Source of the DNA: Camelus ferus
Lineage: Eukaryota
Assembly (NCBI RefSeq): GCF_009834535.1
Contig: NC_045697.1
Location: 40,984,001-41,048,000, forward strand
Direction of reading: 5' to 3'
DNA length: 64,000 bases
Shown in pieces: positions 50,831-64,000 of this stretch. Position 1 is the first letter of the stretch. The number at the start of each line of letters is the position of its first letter. The notes beneath the pieces are model-generated. The model saw only the letters and a program-made list of their open reading frames with translations. It was not told the DNA's origin and searched no databases. Both the position numbers and the translations under genes were made by a program.

Positions 50831-53800
50831 TTTTTTTAAAATGCCACCCTTGCTGCTTCTAAACCTGGTACTTTATACAAAAGCTTATCTCTGTTTATTT
50901 TATACATAAGCTCTCACAAACACTTTAGGCAAATCCTAAGAATATTATTTAAAAAATATGACTCACCAGCACGGGACAGCAGAGCCTGAATAAGGTGAGG
51001 AGGACATCCATCTGGAAGTGGCCAGATGTGAGGTGAAGGCTCAGAACCCACATAGGGCTAGGAGGACATCCATGCATGAGGAAGGCCCAGCTCTGAGTGC
51101 TGGAGCCCAGAAAAGGGAAGAAAGCATCCACGTAAAGGAGCAGCCTGACGTAGGGAATCAGAACTTGACTGAGCTGTGAGTTCATGCAGGGGACAGCTCA
51201 GCGCATGTGAGAGGCCAAAAGGAGAGAGAGGCTCTCACACAGGGCGTGGGGTGGCCTGGCATCGAGTACTGGAACACAAGTGAGATGAGAAGGGTTTCTG
51301 CATGAGGAAGAGGATGGCGTTGGTGATGGGAGATTGATTATATTCAGGAAGAATTATCAAATATTAAGGATAATGAAGGCCAAGTTTGTCACTACTGGAG
51401 AAAGGACTAAAAGTATAGAAAGGAAGAAAAGTATAGAATGAACCTTATGGTGTGAATTAGAATTGGAGTTATTGGTGAGAACTCATGGTTTTTAATATTT
51501 AGAGATATAGAAATAAAGATGTAATTAGGTATATATACACTTACACATATGTATTCTTATATACATGTTCATACATACATAAATACATACATACACTCGT
51601 GTTGATTAGATCTGTCCTCTGCAAGAACCCGGAAGCAGTGACATCTCAATAGCAATGAGCAACACTTGTACCCAGATATTGGTTTCTAAATACCGTCTGA
51701 GAGCAGGCAAAGCAGCTGGCTTGTAGATGAAGGAAGAAACCCGTTCATTCCAGGACGGCAGAGAGTGAAGTCACAGTGAGAGGCCAGGGGCCTGCAGTGG
51801 TTTGGGGACCAAGCTTTGGGTCCACACCAAGAGAGAGGAGGATCCTGGCCCTGGATTTGCAAAGTGATGTATCGGCATCAAGTTCTTAACATTTCTGAGC
51901 TGCAGCTCCTCATCTATAAATAGAATAGCATAAGGGTAGGAAGGGAGGATGTGAGTGAAATGCCTGGCATGCTGTGAGCACTCAGCATTCTCGCTGGGAA
52001 CACCGGGAAGGTATATTGTAGCTGCAAAGGTCAATCAAAGACATAAACAAAAAAGCAGAAACTCTGTGAAAACTTTCCAAAATCTTCATCTAAGTTCAGG
52101 CCAGGAAACGGGTGCAGTTCCAGGGGCTTTCCAGTCCTGTATACCAGCCTTGAAATTAGTATGTATAATTGCTATTAATCCTTTCATGTTAATTAAGCCT
52201 ATTAATACAACTTGTCACAAGGCACCTCACCGGTGTGGTGGAGAGTCCCAAGAGCGGGGAGTTGGACAGGGGTGGGATGGGAGGAGTCATGCCAATTTGA
52301 TTTCATTCCACGAAACTAATGCGCTGGGGAAATTCCTGTGAAAACGGGCTGCCGCTGGGATCTCACCACTGCTCAAACCAGAGTCTTCTCAGTTTCCTGC
52401 CTCTCCCAGCAGTGCTTACATCCAGTGAGTCACCAAGACTTCCTTCCCAATTTCCCCACAGCTGTCCTGTTTCTCTTCACCTCCACTCTTTGGTTCCAGC
52501 CCTCAGCTCTGACTTACGTTGTGCAAAACTTTCTAATTGGTCTTCCTGCCCCTAGTTTTGATGTTCCCCAAACCATTCTCTTTCCCCCCATGTAATGATT
52601 TCCTTTTTTCCAAGGATTAATCGGATCATGTCACACCCACATGGAAACTCCCCAAATCCTATTTCTTCCAGAATAAATGTTGCACTTCTTAGATATCATT
52701 CAAGGCCCTCCTTCCATACAATCAGCTAAAACCAAGGTCCTCCCTGTCTGTTCTTCATGATGTTTTCACATTTTCACCTCAACTCTACCTATCTTCCTTC
52801 CTTTTCCTTTTTGCAATGACAATTCCTTTTTATATCCTGCTGTCAAATATCTTTAATCACAGTTTAAAGTGCCCATAGGAAAACAAAGAGTCTAAGAGAC
52901 TGTGATGTAAGCACAGGCCCCTGCCCCTGCCCATCACATTCTCCCCCTCCTCAGGGTTTGCAGCTTTTACTCTTGTTGGTTTTTTTTTCATGCTTCTTCC
53001 ATATCTCTAAATAAAATGCTTATGTTGCTACTCCATTTTAAAATTTAAACTTTCTATTTCAGAAAATTTTGCTCTTTTACACACACACACTCTCACCCTT
53101 CCTGACCACACATTTTGCCAGTAAAATTATATTACAATTTTGCAGAAATAAATATTCATGTAAATGCTAATCCAAGTTGAGACGTACTATATTATGACAA
53201 CTTTTCCTTTTCTGCTTAATTTCTCCCTTTCCTCAGTTTTCTGTCAGTTCTGTAAAACTCCTCCCACTATATTCAGAGGCATCACTTTTCTTTTTGGTTT
53301 GTTTTAAATCATTTCATCTCCTTGTGCTTTGCCTCTTACAGAAGTGCCCTCAAAGTTTGTCTGCAGGTCTCTCGATTTATTGGCCTGTCGTGCAGTGAGC
53401 AAAATAAGAGCTTGGACTTGGTAGCATGTTGATCTTAGGCCTTTGTTACAGGCCATTCATGATGGTCTCTGGGAAGGAATCAATAAGATGAAGGGGCCAG
53501 TTTCACTAGGGGTGGCTCATTCACATCCACGTTCCCCGGAAAAACATGGACCCTGAATTATCAAATTCAATAGTCTGTGAATGAGCATCAGGGAGGTGCA
53601 GAGGGGAAACTCTGACATGACTCATCAGGCTTATCATGGTCGGGGTGCTCATTTGTAGATAGGCCACAGTGGCTTATAGGAAAGAATGCTCTACCACCTG
53701 ACCGTGAACAGAGCAGGGACATTAAGGGACTGGGTTTTTCATGGGAGGAGAGTGACAGGTCACTAGGGACTGATTATCCAGGAGAAATAATGCAGGGGGC

Positions 53801-54221
53801 AAGTTGGTCACTTTCTCCATTGGATGGCAATAGCAGTTGTATATATTTATGTTCAGAGAAAAAATTAGTCTTATTCTTGGAAACTGAAGAGAGTCCATTT
53901 ATCTTGAGAGGCAAGTTTAATCAGAAGAAGCAGAATAGCATGTGTATGTGTATGATTCACGTAAAACTGCTGCTATCAGCTTTTGCTACTGTGGTATCCA
54001 GAATGTATCATACGGCTCCTGCTTTAATTAATAACATTTAATCAATTTTGTCACCCCCCAAAAAAGTTTGTCTACAGCTATTATCCTGGGACCTCTCTTC
54101 GCTTCTCATGATGGAGGGCTTGTCTAGTAGATCACATGTCATCTTCTTTTTTGGTTTACTCCCTCCTTTTGGAAAAGCACATTATTTTTCGTTTCCTAGA
54201 GAGAATTCAGTGTAGGTATAT

Positions 54222-54355
54222 ATTTTTTAAACAATTGATTTTTGGGGTTGGGGGGTAATTTATTTATTTATTTTTAAATGGAATTACTGGGGATTGAACC
54301 CAGGTCCTCATGCATGCTAAGTATGCGCTCTACCACCGAGCTGTGCCCAACTCCA
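54222..54355 (-). mobile_element. Vic-1-like SINE
   Basis: Perfect 14-bp TSD cagtgtaggtatat at 54208-54221 and 54356-54369. Confidence 0.9.
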
Positions 54356-56947
54356 CAGTGTAGGTATATTTTTTGAAACCTTGTGTGTATTAATATATTC
54401 TCATTCCACTTTCATGCTTGAATGATCATTTCACTGGGCAGGAAAATTTTATATTAAAAATATTTTCCTTCATAATCTCATCATCTAGCTTTCAGGGTTG
54501 TTGCTGAGAAGTCTGATTCCATTCTGACTCCTGATTCTGTATGTAGGGTCAGCTTACTTGACTTTGAAGCCTTAATTCCCTCCATAGCCTGTTTCAGTTA
54601 GGATGCCTTCAGCAGTAAGTGAGTGAAAATCAACTCAAGGTGGCTTAAAAAATAAGAAAATGTATCTCATATAAGAAATCCAAAGTAGGATGGCTCCCAA
54701 GATAGTTGATTCATTGATAAACAGCATTATCCTTAAGCCTAATCTTCCCATTTTCTAGCTTTTCCCTCCTGTGTTTTCTCCTTAGATTTACTCTCCTTCT
54801 GGTCATGAGGTGGCTCCACCAGTTCCAGGTGTAGCAAATGTCCAGACATGAGAGGATGTATAGGAGGAAAAGATAATCCCTTCACAGTATCCTTTCTAGG
54901 AGTGAGGAAACCTTTCCCAGAAACTCCTAGTCAATTTTACTTCATGTCTCATTGGTGAGAATATTATCACCTGCCCAAGGGAAAATCAGTCAGTGACAAA
55001 GTGAACGGAATTACCTTGATTGATTTTGATTAAATCAGGATTCACTCTCAGGAGCTGACGGAGTAGCCAGCATCCACACAAGACATGACCAAGTGGAGGA
55101 GGGTAGACGCCCCACCAGAACTGGAGCTGCAACAGCAAGGAACAAGGGGAAATGGTTTCGGAAGACAATGTCTACTACACTCCGGGATGCACTTTGTTTC
55201 ATTGATCCTGATGTGATTACAGTTCCTCCCGTGCTCATGTTTTTAGGCTCTGATTCTGCATTGGCTCTTGCTGTTTCTGTCACTGTCTTCAGAAAGCTGA
55301 GGGGTAGGCTTGATATTTGGAGTCTCCCTAGGAAGGCATTTATCTCCATGCACTTCACCGGCATTAGTCTTATGTCCCCTGTGAGTGTTGATATTGGGTG
55401 CTTCCCTATTCACTGAGTTGGGGCCCTGGCTGCAGGTTTGCACTGAAGCTCCTCCAATCACTACCAAAGCTAACTGGTTCAAGGCGAGGACAGGGAACTC
55501 AAATTTAACCAATCAGATTCTCTCCATACTTGGTTTTAGAACTGAAGTCTCCATTTGCTTCAAACTTTAACTTCAAACTCAAGAGGGGCAGCTGTATTCC
55601 ATCTTGTGCTTTGAGGGGTACAAAAATCAGCTTGCAGGGAAGGGTGCGAATGCACAGAGAGAAGCAGAAACGCGATGGAGTGGAGTGCTCCTGGCTTTCC
55701 ACTTCTTAATTTCAGTCCTCGTCTGAGGGCTCGCTGCATTCCTACACTTGGGTCTCATGAGATAAGCCAATATCTTCATTACAAATCCCCCTTTCAATTT
55801 AAACTAGTTCCCTGGAAGTTCTGCTATTTTTAACCAAATTACAACTAACAGGATGTCCAGTCTTTCTGAATTAAGGCTAAAAAACCTCAGAGCTTGCGAC
55901 TTTATCATGTGGCTCAGGGCCTCTCTCTGCCTTATTACCAGGTTTAATTTATTGTTACACTTTGTGGGGACTCTGGTATGGTTGGGAAGGGGATCTGAGA
56001 TTTTGTAGGCAAGATCTGGTAGAAAGGGTGTGTGTCTGGTTCATGCAGAGACTAGTAGATGTTTCCTTTTTCCTTTCACGCGGCACACAGTAAACATTAA
56101 TACATATTTGAACAGACGAGCATTCTATACCTCATAAATCTGAATCTGATGAAAGATTAAATTTTGAAGCGATTGTTAACAGCTGTTGTTACATGATCTA
56201 AAAGCTCAGCAATTATTCTTACCTGTTGCACCTGTGGTCTCTGTGTTGTGGTATTGGCCTTGCACCCTTGGGTTATGCAGCCAATTTGCCGTGGGGGGGA
56301 CAATCCTAGGGCTGACACAGGAGACCACTGAGAGAAGGCCTGAGGAGTTACGAACAGCTTGGCACCCATCTGAACAAGCACTTTGGTTCAGAATCTTGAC
56401 ATAGATTTTGCCACCTCTGATCATGTGTTTGCCTTCTGGCGAACTTCCATTACTTTTTGACCCAACTCTTTATCTACATAGTGTTTTGGACAAGTTACAA
56501 CTATGGTCCCAGGATCCCTTTCCTTGTGTGATCTGTGTTAGAATTAGAAAAAAAAAAAGCTGGCATGAGATTTGGGATGTAGCAGTGAAACCAGAGCCAT
56601 GCTCTGGGAGAAGTATGCAGAGAGGCTAGCACATCCCAGCTGGTCGCCATCCTCCACTAGACTGGTGGCAGGTCCAGAGGTCCTTGTTATCCCCTGCTCC
56701 ACACCCCAGTCTTCTCTCAAGTGCAGACCTTGCTGGCCAGCAATGACTCCAGGCCAGGTGGTTTCACTCTGACAGCTGAAGTGCCTGGCTTTCCAAATGA
56801 ATTTGCAAGCTCCATCCTGCCCACCTGTACCAGCACTAAAGAAGGCTGGTTAGTGACTTTTCCCTGATCCTTCAACTTCTGCTTTCAGACTCTTCATTTC
56901 CCAGCTTCTCCAATAATGTGGGTAGTAACTATGTCTTGTTTGCTATC

Positions 56948-57326
56948 TGTGAGCTGGTCTTGAGATGAGTTAAGGCCGTGGGACCCAAGGCCACGATCAG
57001 AGCATGTTTGTAGTATGCAGTAAATAATTGCTCCACGCATGCGTCAATTATATAAGATTTAGAACAAAGAAAATAGAAGTACGCATGTGCTAGAGATATT
57101 CTGTAAGCCTAATGAACAAAGAAACTCAGACCGCGCATGTGCTGACAGAAAACAGATAAAAGCAGGACAGGTGCATCAGAGAGGCACCTCCCTGTGGCAA
57201 TAAAGTGTTGTTAACCCCATGGTGTCTCCGGCTGAAGTCTGTCTGGCAGTATGGCAACTCCTCCTGCATTTTTTCGTTTGGGCCGCTCACCTCTTAGAAC
57301 CCCACATCAGCCTCCCTCAGCTGACA
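56948..57326 (+). mobile_element. Solo LTR with 5-bp TSD
   Basis: Terminal inverted repeat tgtgagctg/cagctgaca; TSD ctatc at 56943-56947 and 57327-57331; AATAAA at 57199. Confidence 0.85.
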
Positions 57327-58161
57327 CTATCCCACAAGTCATTCTAGCGTCTAGTATATAATGAACCCTCAGTGTACATCTGCTAAATAAATGATCTTTA
57401 GTTTGTAGGAAGAAGGAAATAAAAAAAAGAAGGAAAGAAAAGGAAATTACTTCTCTCATTGAACTGGCCCAGATGGTGGAGATTCTCTTCTGAATAATTT
57501 TGGCTAGGAGGAAAAGGGGCTTTCCAATCTCTTCTTACTTCTTAAAATAATTCCACAAGGCATATTCCTTAGGAAAAAAAAAAAAGGCACAGTTGAAAGA
57601 GAGAAATGAAAGTAGCTTGCTTGAGATCCTGGGGCCAGAGAGGAAGTAAACCAAAATTAGAACTTGTACTTACGTCTTTCCTAACTACGGCTGAAGTCTA
57701 CTCAGGAACCCTTTAAGTTTTATCTCCCTGCCTTTATCAAACCCACTTTTGTTCACCACCCTTTCCACCCCCTTGCCCACATACACAAGTAGACATGTTC
57801 AAACACCACCACTAAAAAGCCTACGAAAGTATGACTCTCCCAAGTGGAATACATTCAAGTCATTTTCATGGGTATTTATTAAGCATCTTGAAGTGGGGAA
57901 CCTGTGCTGCAGGCAAAGCAATGAAGCATAGAGGGCAAATGTGGTGTGCTGCTCCTGCTGGAGAAATTTGACAAAAAATCTTTGATGTGGAAACATTGTC
58001 GGTTGTTACTTAATTCCTGTTCTCAGCACCGTGTCTCTTTCTCATTCCTCACTTGAGTCTTGGGGTTGTGGTTTCCTCATGAACAGACATCCAAAGCAGC
58101 TTAATAAGATTTGGCAGAAAGAGGTCCTCCAGCCTGAGAGAACACTTCGTTATTCCCTAGG

Positions 58162-58365
58162 CAAGTGGTTCTTAAAACAAGGTACCAGTAAACCTTCACC
58201 TGGGGAGCCTCTTTAAAATGCAGATGACTGGCTTCCTTCCTCGTTTTCCTCCTCTAACTCTGTCCCTGCAGATTAAAAATTCAGGATATTCATGACATTT
58301 GTATTTTTCACAGGACTCCAGGTGCTTACCTGATGCAGTGGTCCTCAGGCCACTCTTTGAGAAAT
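58162..58365. mobile_element. MER5-like hAT MITE
   Basis: agtggttcttaaaa...tcacctggggagcctctttaaaatgcagatg...tgatgcag..ggccactctttgagaa. Confidence 0.7.
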
Positions 58366-60876
58366 GTCCAAAAGCACATGAAAGAGAATCACCTGAGCGT
58401 TTATTTTTGAAAAGATGATTCTTGACCATCTGAATTAGAATTTTGGCACCAAGGCCTGGGAATTTGCATTTTGAATTAATTACTCTCTTGATTCTTAAGG
58501 GTCCACAGATCCCCCTTTGAGGAGTATCACCGGGTCTCCTACTCTACATTGAAAGTGCAGTTTAGACACAAAGCCCTTTGGAGAGAGAAAAAGGTAAAAA
58601 GGGAAGGTCTTTCTCTCCAACAAACATTGATTTTGGATTCATCCTTTCCTAACTCTTAGAATCCGTCGCCAGTTTACTGCCGATCTGAGCATTTCCTGGG
58701 AAGTGGCTGGGTTCCCAAGGCCAGGCAGCCCTCACAGCCTCTGGGGTGGTCAGGACTGCTGATGGGCCCATCCCAGCTAGTCCTGATTTGCAGACTAAAT
58801 ATTATCTGCAGCCCCATCAAATAGTAATGGGAACCTCAGAAGCCTAGTAGGTGTGGGGAAGTCAGGAGAGCACTGAAGAGGTACTTTTCTGTCCTCCTGA
58901 CTCACACTTCCTTTCAAGCGCATTCCTGCCTCTTCACTCCACCCCTCCCCCTCCCGGCTCCCGGACCCATCTGCAAATTTGAGGAGGCTTTCCTGAGCCA
59001 CCCCGCCCCGCTCCCCGCTTTGTGGAGGACACTCTGCTCCATAAGGCACTACTTTTTCTCACTAGCTTCTCATAACCAGAGCTGCCACTCCGTCAACTTT
59101 ACTAACTATAAAATCTGCTTCTAGGACTGAACGGAGCTAAGCACTGGGAATGCGCCAAATGCCTGGACTAAAGCTACTGCAGGAAAAGTGCTTAGGGCAG
59201 TGCTTGGCTGGTTTAGTAATTAGAGCCATTACTCACCATCGCTTTGCTGTTTATCTCTCAGACCCTGGAGAACGCGTCCTGACTGCTGAGCTGCTGCTCT
59301 TTGCAGGTGAAAACCTGAGGCTCCAAGAAAGTTTAGTCACTTGCTTCTGATCACACGGCTACCAAGTGGTGGAAGTGGAATTTTCACCCAGTTTAGAGAC
59401 CGCTCCAAAGCCATGCTTTTTCAACTGCAATTATTAAAACCTCAGTCTGAGGACTTACATTCAGAATAAATATAGGAAAACTTTAAAAAAGTTAGCTGGA
59501 GATATATACACATTTGTGTGTGTGTGTGTGTGTGAAATTAAAATAACTTATCAACGACTTCAAAAAAATTACCCACTTTATATGGGGAAAGCAACAGATT
59601 AAACAAGATTGGAAATGTGTTGATAGCTCCTGACTATCACTGGATATGGAGATTCAGTACATGAATCTCTTTGCTTTTGTATCCGTTTGAATTTTTCTTC
59701 ACTGAAGAGTTAAGAACTAAATGCACTTTATATCTGTCCAAGATCTTGTGATTACAGTAGCAGATTATCTGTAGGCCCTAAATTGGTAGTTGATAGACTT
59801 CACAGTTAGTGAGGATTCTCTTGTTTTGAAAGATTTTGAATACTAGGTTTTTATTTCTTAACTAACAGCCATGAGAGTCCTGCGATGAAGGTAATGCTCC
59901 CTTTCAGGTGGAAAACCAAGGCAGTGAGGTACCTTCTTGAGGGCTCCTCGCTGCCATGGGAGGAGATTTTGAACTCAGTTTGTCTCATGTGCACACATAT
60001 TATCTTGCCCTGTTTGAGGGCACCACCTTGAAGCAAATATTCATCTTACATATCAGTTAGGAATGATTTTACCACAAATAACAGAAAACCATACTAATCA
60101 TAGTGTACATGGCTTACGCAGTAAGGAATGTTAATACTGTCCTAACCAGAAGGTTGGAACAAAGCAATTCAGGTTTGATGCAGTCACTCAGTCACGGCTC
60201 CCAGGTTCCAGGCACTTTCTGTCCTGAGGCTCAGACACCCCCTGCACCATACCTTTCCATCTTTAGGCTTGTCTTCTCATTGGCATAAGACGCTGGCCTC
60301 ACACAACCTTTCAAGACACATAAGAGTGGAAGGAAAGTCAGGGGCAGTGCTGGCAAATTCTTAAATGTGTTTCTTTCCTCAGCGGGAAACAAAATATTTC
60401 TCGAAGCTCCCAGGAGACTTCCTCTGTGTCTCCCTGGCACAGTGCTTTGTCTGTGGCCACCTCAGTTATAAGAAAAACTGGGAAGTTGAGTAAAAAAGGA
60501 TAAAATGACTAGGGTTGACTTAGATAAGTGGTCCATAAGCTTGGGACACATCGAATCACTTGGCAGTGTTAGATTACTATTATTTATTATTATTTAAAAA
60601 ATGAATTTTTACTTAGTTTTTCAGGAACACTGGGGAGAGATTTGTAACACATAGCCCAGCAAAGTTTCCTAAATATACCTTTGAACATCTCTCTGTCCCC
60701 AAAGTCCCACTTCTTGTATCAGTTGCCTTAATCTCACCCTGTCTTTCCAAAAAAGTGAAAGCCTTCGAAATTCTCCTCACTGCACCCTTTCTACTTCTTT
60801 CTCCTAACTCCTCATTTCCAGACCTTTCCTTCTGTGTCTCTTTATTTCTTCCTCATGTAAGAGACATCTAGCCCCT

Positions 60877-61381
60877 TGTGTTAGTTACCTATTGGAGTAA
60901 CAAATCACTCCAAATTTAGCAGCTTAGCAATAAACATGTTCTTTCAGGATCGCTGTGGGTCTGGAGCTTGAGAGCAGCTGAGTCGGATATTCTGGCCCAG
61001 CGTCTCTCCTGAGGTTGCAGGCAAGATGCTGGCAAGGGCTGTGGTCATCTGAAGGCTTGGCTGGGGCTGGAGGACTCACTTCTGAGATGGCTCACTCATG
61101 TGGCTGTTGACTTGAGGCCTCAGTTTCTCACTCCATAGGACTGCTCAACATGGCAGCTGGCTTCCCCCAAGGCAAGTGGTCTGAGAGAAGGAACATGCAG
61201 GGAGCCCAGGGCCTCTGATGGTGGAGTCTCTGAGTCACACACAGTCACTTCTACTCTGTTCCGTTTGCTAGAAGACAGTCACCAAGTCCAGCCCATACTC
61301 AAGTGGAGGGAAATTAAGCTCTTCTTCTTGAAGGGGGGTGTGTCAAAGGATTTGTGGTTATGTTTTTTTAAACAACCACAT
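60877..61381 (-). mobile_element. MaLR LTR (MLT1F/G/H-like)
   Basis: gtaacaaatcactccaaatttagcagctta...catctgaaggcttggctggggctggagg...agatggctcactcatgtggctg. Confidence 0.8.
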
Positions 61382-61482
61382 CCACATATCATTTAACTTC
61401 TTTATCACACTGCAGTGAGTTTTTTGAGGGGAGAGGGACAAGGGAAAAAAGGTACAAAGGAATGGGAACATGAGTTGGTAGC

Positions 61483-61861
61483 TGTGTTAATCTCCTGGGA
61501 CTGCCATCACGGAATGCCACACACTAGGTGGCTTAACAACAGAAAGTTATTTTCTCATAGTTCTGGAGGCTGGAAGTTCAAGATCAAGGTGCTGCCAAGC
61601 TTGCTTTTCGGTGAGGCCTCTCTCCTCGGCTTGCAGACGGCTGCTTTCTTACTGTGTCCTCACATGCCCTTTCCTCTGTGTGCATGCACTTCTGGCGTCT
61701 CTTCCTTTTATGAGGACACCAGTCCTATTGGATCAGGGCCCCACCCTTGATCTCATTTCACTTAATGATCTCTTTGAAGTCCCTTTCTCCTAATACCGTC
61801 ACATTTGGGGGAGTTAGGGCTTCAATATATGAATTTGGGGGACACAGTTCAGTCCATGACA
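61483..61861 (-). mobile_element. MaLR LTR (MLT1A-like)
   Basis: gtggcttaacaacagaaa...gttctggaggctggaagttcaagatcaaggtg...ttagggcttcaatatatgaatttgggggacacagttcagtccatgaca. Confidence 0.85.
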
Positions 61862-63248
61862 GTAGCCACGTGTGGCATGTTGCTGCTTTGCCCATTACTG
61901 CCACTAAGATCATTTTAAAATAAAATGGCTTTGTGGCTTTTTTGGGCATTATGAATATATTGTACAGTTTAATATAATCGTAAAGTTACAACAGTTTTAT
62001 AAACAGTATTTTAAAGTAACATCTTTCCCTGTAGGAAAACCATGAAAGAAATTCTTAAAGCTTTTTATTGTAGAAAAATAGTTTTTGCAGAAAGATGCAT
62101 AAAACACAAATGTACAATTTAACAAGTTACAAGGAAGAATCATCCCTTTAACGGCTAACCAAGTTAAGAAATAGAACACTGCCTGCAAGTCAGAAGTGCC
62201 CTGCACGTACTTCACAGTTACCTCCCTTCTCCCTCCAAGCGTAACCGCTGTCTTGCATGATACTCACTTTGTTGCCATTCTTTATGTTTTTACTACCTAA
62301 ATATTCATCCCTATGGAGTGTTCAAGGGTCTAGGGATACAGTAGTGAAAGAAATAGAAATCCCCCCCCCGAAGGAGTTTATATTCTGACACTAAATAATA
62401 ATAAATAAAATGTATAAACTGTGTGGTATGTTAGAAGGTAAGAAATGCAAAAAACAAAAAAAAAAAAACCAAACAAAAAAACAAAAAAAAAAACCCCAGA
62501 AAACAAAACAAAACGCAGAGCTGGAATTTGCTTGGCTCTCTCAGCAGGTAATGATTTCAACATCAGAAGGGAGATAAAGGGAGAATTAAAAGTATGGAGG
62601 GAAAAAAATAAATGCAAAGAAGGAGAAAGGAATAAAGGGGAAAAAGAGAAGAGGGAACAACAGAAGAAGGAGAAATAGAATGTCAATGGGGAAGAAAACA
62701 TAACAGATGTTAAGAAGAGGGAAGGAAGGGAAGTAAGAATGAGGCAGAGAAAGAAAGCTGTGAGGTTAAAAGTTCTCCCTCATCTGGAGAGTTACAGAAA
62801 AGACCCTGAGCTGGAACCACTTTATTTACATTTTGGTGAAACTAAATTCTTAATCCGAGAGGGCAATTTCCTATATTTTCCATTGCTTCCATTTGTTTAA
62901 TATAAATTTATTCTTTGTCAGCTAAAACTTAGCTTTCGTGAAAGCACTCTTTAATACTTTACAAAATTCAAGCGGCTATTTTAGAGACGGATGTTTTACA
63001 GCCCATAATAGATGACTGGGCTGAGCAGAGGCTATGCAACATGCCTGGACTTTGTAAGAATTGACAACTATTAATAAAGTATTTTTCTTAAAAAAAAAAA
63101 AAAAAAAGCAGAGCAAGGTAAGGGGATTGGCAATGCAGGGGCGAGGGTAGGGAACACTAGAGTGTTAGGGAAAGTCTCCTGGAGCAAAGGCTTGATGGAG
63201 GGGAGTGCCATCCTGTCTGGAGAAAGTCTGTTTAAAAGCCTCAGGTGG

Positions 63249-63990
63249 TGTATTTTGTTTCGTAGGGCTGTTCTAACAAAGTACCACAAGCAGGGTGGCT
63301 TAAAACAACACGCATTTTATTCCTTCATGCCTTGAAGGGCCAGAAGTCTGAAATCAAGGCGTTGGCAAGCTTAAGTTCTCTTTGGAGGCTCTGAGGGAGA
63401 ACCTGTTCCTTGCTTCTTTAACTTCTGATCCTTGCTGGAAAACCTTGGCCTTCCTGGGCTTACAGACACATCACTCTGTTCTTTGCCTCTCTTGTCATGT
63501 GGAGATCTTCCTTTAGGTCCCTGTCTTTTTTGTAAGGACACAGTGATTGTATTTAGGACCCATGCTAATCCAATAAGACCTCATCTTTTTTAAAGAAAAT
63601 TTTTATTGAAGTGTCATCGATTTACAATGTTGTGTTAGTTTCAGGTGTACAGCAAAGTAATTCAGTTATATATATTGTGTGTATATATATATATATTACA
63701 TATATATAATATAGATGTATATATTATTTTTCAGATTCTTTTCCATTACAGGTTATTACAAGATATTGAATATAGTTCCCTGTGCTCTACAGTAGGTCCT
63801 TGTTGATCTATTTTATACATAGTAGTGTGTATCTGTTAATCCCAAACTCCAGTGTATCCCTCCAGTACAATCTCATCTTAACTTCATTACATCTGCAAAG
63901 ACTCTAAATAAGGTCCAAACAAGGTCACATTCATACGTACTGGGAGTTAGGACCTCACCACATCTTCAGGGGACACAATTCAACCCGAGA
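63249..63990 (-). mobile_element. MaLR LTR (MLT1B/C-like) interrupted by a minus-strand L1 3' end (~63586-63865)
   Basis: MLT1 halves on either side of ctcatctt duplications; the L1 3'UTR is homologous to 14486-14650. Confidence 0.82.
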
Positions 63991-64000
63991 CTTGAATACA

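Noticed and set aside
4416..54355. tRNA-Ala(AGC)-like sequences as real tRNA genes
   Set aside because: They are diverged, carry a common non-tRNA tail, and mostly have A/T tails and TSDs, so they are SINE copies.
54986..55570. Overlapping ~60-109 aa ORFs as a processed pseudogene
   Set aside because: No recognisable protein, no polyA or TSD, and the flanks resemble old MaLR LTR sequence.
60103..60288. ORF MAYAVRNVNTV... resembling the C4orf36 N-terminus (MAYGVPRKNTV, recalled)
   Set aside because: The similarity stops after a few residues, and the ORF lies in an MLT1-like LTR (cagttagg...aataacagaaaacc...ggctta). Likely coincidence.

Overview
Mammalian genomic DNA, most likely camelid (alpaca, llama or camel). 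The species inference rests on 12 copies of a tRNA-Ala-derived SINE matching the camelid Vic-1 type. The window holds the 5' end of AFF1 (AF4) on the minus strand. A CpG-island promoter carries non-coding exon 1 (donor at 32174/32175), followed by an 11.5-kb intron. The 74-nt exon 2 (20602-20675) encodes MAFTERVNSSGN(S), and the rest of the window to the left is intron 2. The 31 kb upstream is intergenic and repeat-rich (L1, L2, MIR, MaLR, ERVL, hAT MITEs, several solo LTRs with clean TSDs). No ORF in the supplied track looks like a real host gene, and I found no convincing new multi-gene system. The most notable details are: (1) a splice-junction uORF in frame with AFF1, whose Kozak context depends on a tandem 5' splice site; (2) a polyadenylated retrocopy of the 28S rRNA 3' end; (3) a solo LTR with a CCAAT/octamer/TATA promoter and splice donor pointing toward AFF1; (4) several atypical retrotransposition structures. 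Repeat family names come from recall of consensus sequences, not from a database search.
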